Assembly: GCF_000315625.1 (NCBI RefSeq)
Contig: NW_005434598.1
Span: 353,647-409,867, forward strand
Origin: Guillardia theta CCMP2712
Lineage: Eukaryota; Protista; Cryptophyta
Length of the DNA stretch: 56,221 bases
Reading direction: 5' to 3'
Made by a program: the position numbers and the translations under genes. Under the pieces are notes generated by a model. The model searched no databases and had not been told where the DNA came from. It worked only from the letters and a program-made list of their open reading frames with translations. This document shows, piece after piece, positions 49,200-56,221 of the stretch; position 1 is the stretch's first letter; each line of letters starts with the position of its first letter.

Positions 49200-51640
49200 A
49201 GCCGCAAGCAGCAGGAGCATGCAGGAGGAATAACATCCCTTAGACGCGATACCCGGAGGCAGCCGACTGACCACTGTCAGTCGAGACGTCCGCTGCCGCC
49301 ACAAAGCGGGCGCCCGCGGACGGAGAAAGGGCAGCCGCCGACAAGGAGCCGGCGTTGCCCGGGGGTCCGCCTGGGGCAGCGGACGGAGGGAGGCTGGACA
49401 CATGAACACGGTACCGCTCGAGGTAGTCCTCCTCGCTAGCCTCCGAGTCAGCGGTATAGCCGCCCGTGACGGCGGCGACGCCGCGGCAATGCCCAAGGAC
49501 CGGCGTGACCCGACCGATGCCGGGGAGGAAGCAGGCGAGCTCGGACCAGCAGCAAGCACCCCAGGGGTGTCGAGCTCTCCGGAGGCACCCGACGTCACAG
49601 TGAGGGACGGAGACGCCTCGCCAGCTCCGCGCCGATCGTCGGCGCCACTCGAAGGGTGTCCCCCATCGGAGTCGGAGACCTCCGGCGAAGACTCCTCGGG
49701 CGACTCGACAAAGTCCGAGGAGGAGCTGTCCTCTGGCTCGAGAAGTGCTTGCGCCCGCAAGGGCGTCATGCGCCTCGCACCAGACAAGAGCGCTTCCAGC
49801 GTCAGCTGCATGGTGAGGCGCTGATAGGTGGCGGCGCGTTTGCGAGCCAAGACCTCAGCAGCAGGGCCGTCATCAGGCACGAAGTGCCGACCAAACGCCG
49901 CATCCTCAAGAGGCATCGAGCGCTGAGCAATGATGTCCGCGAGATACCAGATGAAGCGGAGGGTGTCAGGATGCAGGGTACCGTCCGTCGAGATGGCAAG
50001 AGGGATGAACGCTCGAGGAGGAGTAGTCATGGCATATGCTGCGCGATGTTTGCGAATCTTCTCAGACGCTGCAACATGGAGGGCGTCGAGGTTGACCTCC
50101 CCCCACTTGGTCAGGTCGGCAGAGCTACCAATGTAAGGGTGGACCAACGTCACGTCCGCCATCAAGCCCTCGTACTGCTCGGACCCTCGATCGCGGATTC
50201 CAGGGATGTGGATATCGCCCTTCATCTTGCGGCCATGAGGATGGGAGGGTACCTGCCGTCGAGAACGAGGATCCCCGACTGTATCGATGACGCTCTGAAG
50301 ACCAGCTTCGTTCAGCATCGACCGAATCGTACGAGTAAGGTTGTCATGCGCCGTGGGAAGCTTGGAGGATCGGCGTTTGCAGGTCTGGAGATGATGTGCA
50401 GCAACGGAGGGATCGAGCTCGCGCTGACATCCATCACATTCCGTCGGACACTGGCAGGGGGAGAAATGAAGTGCTCATGAGACGAGTCGACGAGAGCGCG
50501 CAAACCAGGGATGTGTACCACAGATGCCGGGGGGCGTCCTGCATCATCAGGCACAGCAGCCGGGGCAGGTGGGATCGCCGCACCATCTGCAGCCGGTGCA
50601 GGAGCCTTGACACGACGGTAGAGGATCGCTCCAGCATTATGAACGAAGTCGTGCGCCTCAACGAAGAAGGTCGCCAGAGGGTGCTTCTGGGCACGGAGAG
50701 ATCTCGNNNNNNNNNNNNNNNNNNNNNNNNNNNNNNNNNNNNNNNNNNNNNNNNNNNNNNNNNNNNNNNNNNNNNNNNNNNNNNNNNNNNNNNNNNNNNN
50801 NNNNNNNNNNNNNNNNNNNNNNNNNNNNNNNNNNNNNNNNNNNNNNNNNNNNNNNNNNNNNNNNNNNNNNNNNNNNNNNNNNNNNNNNNNNNNNNNNNNN
50901 NNNNNNNNNNNNNNNNNNNNNNNNNNNNNNNNNNNNNNNNNNNNNNNNNNNNNNNNNNNNNNNNNNNNNNNNNNNNNNNNNNNNNNNNNNNNNNNNNNNN
51001 NNNNNNNNNNNNNNNNNNNNNNNNNNNNNNNNNNNNNNNNNNNNNNNNCCCTCACCAGCGTCTTGGACATGAAGCCATGCTGGACGAGCCCGAGCTTCGA
51101 GAGCTCTTCGTTGAGGGTAGGAACCTTCGCTCGGAGCTGACTAGCATGGAATCCATCCGTGCCGATAGGCAGGCCGCCAAGTGTAATCCCGCCAGTGACG
51201 ACCTCGAAGTGAAGAAGTTGAGTCTTGAGACGGCGCTTAAGGCTCTTCTTCAGCTGCGAGAGATCAGGGTGTTGATGCCAGGAGGGGATGTAAACTTTCG
51301 ACTCGCGAGGTTGAATCTCTAGCTTCAGATCAGCTAACATGTACTTCTTCATAGCGGACGTAGCTGCAACGGCATCCTCGACTGGACCGACAAGCACGAC
51401 GTTGTCAGCATAGGCCAAGACTCGAACAGAGGGAAAAAGCTCTGCGATATGGAGGAGCAGGGGGTGGATACTGTGGCAGAAAAACACGCTGGAGGGGACA
51501 TCGCCCTGACAGACGCCCGAGGTACACTGAACGGAGGCTGACTGACTTTTGTGAAAGAGTCGAAGGTCAGCAGAGTCTCCATAGTAGCTGGAGAGGTAGG
51601 AGGCGAACAATCGGAGATGCTCGCAAGAGGGCAAGCTTGC
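49200..51640 (-). mobile_element. Degenerate CRE-like non-LTR retrotransposon copy (RT + restriction-like endonuclease), internally deleted, spans a gap
   Basis: RT motifs GVCQGDVPS and LAYADNVVLVG, then GITLGGLPIG. The RLE region has KGD...ADVTLVHP...EKIRKH...FIPLAISTDG. About 280 bp is deleted at ~50457 relative to the 54.3-56.2 kb copy. Confidence 0.85.
50707..51048. other. Assembly gap
   Basis: Run of N. Confidence 1.
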
Positions 51641-51998
51641 GCCTCTAAGGGATTTTATTCCTCCTGCATGCTCCTGCTACTCGCAAACGCGCCGCCGGAC
51701 CGGCGTGACCCGAGCCTTGAAGCTTGTCTGGTGCGAGGCGCACTGCGGCATGACGCCCTTGCCGCGGGCGCAAGCACTTCTCGAGCCAGAGGACCGTGGC
51801 AGCTCCTCCTCGGACCCTGGTGACCGAGTCGCTCCCGGCCTTCCACTGCCCGGCCGCTGCTCCTCCTCCTCCTCCTCCTCCTTCTCCTCCTCCTGGTTCC
51901 CCTCCACACGATCGCCAAGCAGACACGAGATACGCACACGAAGCAGGACAACCACCAGCAGGACAGCCTCGCGCTTGTGCTGAAGAAACTTGAGGGGA

Positions 51999-52098
51999 NN
52001 NNNNNNNNNNNNNNNNNNNNNNNNNNNNNNNNNNNNNNNNNNNNNNNNNNNNNNNNNNNNNNNNNNNNNNNNNNNNNNNNNNNNNNNNNNNNNNNNNN
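51999..52098. other. Assembly gap (100 N, size probably unknown)
   Basis: Run of N. Confidence 1.
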
Positions 52099-52160
52099 TC
52101 AAGCTGTACAGGCTGGGGTGCCATTAATATAAAGCTAACGCTCGAGGAGGAGTCGTAGTC

Positions 52161-53156
52161 ATAGGATATAGGATTTACTGGCAGAAGGGAAAAAGTGCCT
52201 CAAGCAAAACAAGGCAGGAACAAGCTGAACCGGCAGGTACACAGTCCACAGCGAGAAGCTGCACAAACACACACAAAACACAAGCCCGAAAAGAACCAGC
52301 ACTGCTGGCACCCAGACGCGGCATCGCCAGCCCAAGCGAGAAGCCGCGCAGACAAGCAGCCTAAGGGTCAAGCAATCAAGCAACAAGCAGCAGGAGCACG
52401 CAGGAGGAATAACATCCCTTAGACGCGATACCCGGAGGCAGCCGACTGACCACTGTCAGTCGAGACGTCCGCTGCCGCCACAAAGCGGGCGGCCGCGGAC
52501 GGAGAAAGGGCAGCCGCCGACAAGGAGCCGGCGTTGCCCGGGGGTCCGCCTGGGGCAGCGGACGGAGGGAGGCTGGACACAGGAACACGGTACCGCTCGA
52601 GGTAGTCCTCCTCGCTAGCCTCCGAGTCAGCGGTAGCCAAGTCAGTGTTAGCCGCCCGTGACGGCGGCGACGCCGCGGCAATGCCCAAGGACCGGCGTGA
52701 CCCGACCGATGCCGGGGAGGAAGCAGGCGAGCTCGGACCAGCAGCAAGCACCCCAGGGGTGTCGAGCTCTCCGGAGGCACCCGACGTCACAGTGAGGGAC
52801 GGAGACGCCTCGCCAGCTCCGCGCCGATCGTCGGCGCCACTCGAAGGGTGTCCCCCATCGGAGTCGGAGACCTCCGGCGAAGACTCCTCGGGCGACTCGA
52901 CAAAGTCCGAGGAGGAGCTGTCCTCTGGCTCGAGAAGTGCTTGCGCCCGCAAGGGCGTCATGCGCCTCGCACCAGACAAGAGCGCTTCCAGCGTAAGCTG
53001 CATGGTGAGGCGCTGATAGGTGGCGGCGCGTTTGCGAGCCAAGACCTCAGCAGCAGGGCCGTCATCAGGCACGAAGTGCCGACCAAACGCCGCATCCTCA
53101 AGAGGCATCGAGCGCTGAGCAATGATGTCCGCGAGATACCAGATGAAGCGGAGGGC
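52161..53156 (-). mobile_element. 5'-truncated copy of the same retrotransposon
   Basis: Near-identical to the 3' ~1 kb of the other copies. On the + strand it begins with the shared terminus ATAGGATATAGGATTTACTGG. Confidence 0.9.
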
Positions 53157-53226
53157 GTTTCTTGAAGGGTGAATGGAAAGCTCTTTTCAAGCGCTATCTG
53201 CCTGCTGCAAAAACCCATGGGAAGAT

Positions 53227-54291
53227 ATAGGATATAGGATTTACTGGCAGAAGATAAAAAGTGCCTCAAGCAAAACAAAGCAGGAACAAGCTGAACCTCC
53301 AGGCACACAGTCCACAGCGAGAAGCTGCACAATCACACACAAAACACAAGCCCGAAAACAACCAGCACTGCTGGCACCCAGACGCGGCAGCGCCAGCCCA
53401 AGCGCGAAGCCGCGCAGACAAGCAGCCTAAGGGTCAAGCAATCAAGCAACAAGCAGCAGGAGCATGCAGGAGGAATAAAATCCCTTACACGCGATACCCG
53501 GAGGCAGCCGACTGACCACTGTCAGTCGAGACGTCCGCTGCCGCCACAAAGCGGGCGGCCGCGGACGGAGAAAGGGCAGCCGCCGACAAGGAGCCGGCGC
53601 TGCCCGGGTGTCCGCCTGGGGCAGCGGACGGAGGGAGGCTGGACACATGAACACGGTACCGCTCGAGGTAGTCCTCCTCGCTAGCCTCCGAGTCAGCGGT
53701 AGCCAAGTCAGTGGTAGCCGCCCGTGACGGCGGCGACGCCGCGGCAATGCCCAAGGACCGGCGTGACCCGACCGATGCCGGGGAGGAAGCAGGCGAGCTC
53801 GGACCAGCAGCAAGCACCCCAGTGGTGTCGAGCTCTCCGGAGGCACCCGACGTCACAGTGAGGGACGGAGACGCCTCGCCAGCTCCGCGCCGATCGTCGG
53901 CGCCACTCGACGTGTTTCCCCCATCGGAGTCGGAGACCTCCGGCGAAGACTCCCCCTCGGGCGACTCGACAAAGTCCGAGGAGGAGCTGTCCTCTGGCTC
54001 GAGAAGTGCTTGCGCCCGCAAGGGCGTCATGCGCCTCGCACCAGACAAGAGCGCTTCCAGCGTAAGCTGCATGGTGAGGCGCTGATAGGTGGCGGCGCGT
54101 TTGCGAGCCAAGACCTCAGCAGCAGGTCCGTCATCAGGCACGAAGTGCCGACCAAACGCCGCATCCTCAAGAGGCATTGAGCGCTGAGCAATGATGTCCG
54201 CCAGATACCAGATGAAGCGGAGGGTGTCAGGATGCAGGGTACCGTCCGTCGAGATGGCAAGAGGGATGAACGCTCGAGGAGGAGTCGTAGT
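53227..54291 (-). mobile_element. 5'-truncated copy of the same retrotransposon
   Basis: Same 3' terminus; truncated inside the endonuclease region (TTPPRAFIP). Confidence 0.9.
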
Positions 54292-56221
54292 CATAGGATA
54301 TAGGATTTACTGGCAGAAGGGAAAAAGTGCCTCAAGCAAAACAAGGCAGGAACAAGCTGAACCGGCAGGTACACAGTCCACAGCGAGAAGCTGCACAAAC
54401 ACACACAAAACACAAGCCCGAAAAGAACCAGCACTGCTGGCACCCAGACGCGGCATCGCCAGCCCAAGCGAGAAGCCGCGCAGACAAGCAGCCTAAGGGT
54501 CAAGCAATCAAGCAACAAGCAGCAGGAGCACGCAGGAGGAATAACATCCCTTAGACGCGATACCCGGAGGCAGCCGACTGACCACTGTCAGTCGAGACGT
54601 CCGCTGCCGCCACAAAGCGGGCGGCCGCGGACGGAGAAAGGGCAGCCGCCGACAAGGAGCCGGCGTTGCCCGGGGGTCCGCCTGGGGCAGCGGACGGAGG
54701 GAGGCTGGACACAGGAACACGGTACCGCTCGAGGTAGTCCTCCTCGCTAGCCTCCGAGTCAGCGGTAGCCAAGTCAGTGTTAGCCGCCGTGACGCAAGGA
54801 GCCGGCGTTGCCCGGGGGGTCCGCCTGGGGCAGCGGACGGAGGGAGGCTGGACACATGAACACGGTACCGCTCGAGGTAGTCCTCCTCGCTAGCCTCCGA
54901 GTCAGCGGTAGCCAAGTCAGTGGTAGCCGCCCGTGACGGCGGCGACGCCGCGGCAATGCCCAAGGACCGGCGTGACCCGGCGACCGATGCCGGGGAGGAA
55001 GCAGGCGAGCTCGGACCAGCAGCAAGCACCCCAGTGGTGTCGAGCTCTCCGGAGGCACCCGACGTCACAGTGAGGGACGGAGACGCTTCGCCAGCTCCGC
55101 GCCGATCGTCGGGGCCACTCGAAGGGTTTCCCCCATCGGAGTCGGAGACCTCCGGCGAAGACTCCCCCTCGGGCGACTCGACAAAGTCCGAGGAGGAGCT
55201 GTCCTCTGGCTCGAGAAGTGCTTGCGCCCGCAAGGGCGTCATGCGCCTCGCACCAGACAAGAGCGCCTCCAGCGTCAGCTGCATGGTGAGGCGCTGATAG
55301 GTGGCGGCGCGTTTGCGAGCCAAGACCTCAGCAGCAGGTCCGTCATCAGGCACGAAGTGCCGACCAAACGCCGCATCCTCAAGAGGCATCGAGCGCTGAG
55401 CAATGATGTCCGCAAGATACCAGATGAAGCGGAGGGTGTCAGGATGCAGGGTACCGTCCGTCGAGATGGCAAGAGGGATGAACGCTCGAGGAGGAGTAGT
55501 CATGGCATATGCAGCGCGATGTTTGCGAATCTTCTCAGACGCTGCAACATGGAGGGCGTCGAGGTTGACCTCCCCCCACTTGGTCAGGTCGGCAGAGCTA
55601 CCAATGTAAGGGTGGACCAACGTCACGTCCGCCATCAAGCCCTCGTACTGCTCGGACCCTCGATCGCGGATTCCAGGGATGTGGATATCGCCCTTCATCT
55701 TGCGGCCATGAGGATGGGAGGGTACCTGCCGTCGAGAACGAGGATCCCCGACTGTATCGATGACGCTCTGAAGACCAGCTTCGTTCAGCATCGACCGAAT
55801 CGTACGAGTAAGGTTGTCATGCGCCGTGGGAAGCTTGGAGGATCGGCGTTTGCAGGTCTGGAGATGATGTGCAGCAACGGAGGGATCGAGCTCGCGCTGA
55901 CATCCATCACATTCCGTCGGACACTGGCAGATCGGCATGCCATGGAGATAGCAGTCGAGCATCTGAGCATAGCGGTGCGGGAAGGCCTTGAGGGGGTAGT
56001 AGCTCGAGACTCGCATCGGAGAGTGGCTCAGGTCACGCTCAGGAAAATGAGCGAAGATGGTAGACTGCAAGACCCTATCCGGCGACTTGAGCGAGTGTGT
56101 CCTGCGGCTGTGCAAGGTGAGGATATCACGCTGCTGATCGGTCAGCGCAGCGCGCGCATGCACATGGCGAGGGAAGACGCGCATGACAAGAGGGGTCACA
56201 TTTCGCTGCGCAGGGGGAGGA
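54292..56221 (-). mobile_element. Longest CRE-like copy, continuing beyond the window; CCHC zinc knuckle + RLE, with an internal duplication at ~54.72-54.92 kb
   Basis: CDGC...HHLQTC, AHDNL, KGD, ADVTL, K..K, IPLAISTDG in ORF 54508-56199. Confidence 0.9.

Noticed and set aside
50450-50465. The ~280-bp segment missing from this retroelement copy as a spliced intron
   Set aside because: The borders are not GT-AG. A GCAG microhomology points to a DNA-level deletion.

Overview
Eukaryotic nuclear DNA: gene-dense, with many short (about 45-130 nt) GT-AG introns and purine/pyrimidine-skewed microsatellites. It comes from a flagellated protist; the style suggests a cryptophyte such as Guillardia, but that is inference only. 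From 0.6 to 44 kb there are host genes: an outer-arm beta-type axonemal dynein heavy chain, a NEK kinase, mitochondrial monothiol glutaredoxin, PA2G4/Ebp1, a CnoX/YbbN-like Trx-TPR protein, an ARM-repeat protein, and an unusual capping-enzyme RNA-triphosphatase-like domain (CX5R changed to CX5L) apparently fused to a WW-parvulin (Pin1) module. From 44.4 to 49 kb there is an accessory block. It holds an orphan gene whose frame is restored by a 46-nt GT-AG segment created by tandem duplication, 5 x 22-bp repeats, a ~290-nt highly structured element with Pol III A/B-box-like motifs, and an intronless, very AT-rich 595-aa tyrosine-recombinase-like ORF bounded by hairpins. From 49 to 56.2 kb there is a head-to-tail array of truncated, partly scrambled CRE-like non-LTR retrotransposons (RT plus restriction-like endonuclease) with two assembly gaps. 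Exon boundaries were read by eye and are approximate.
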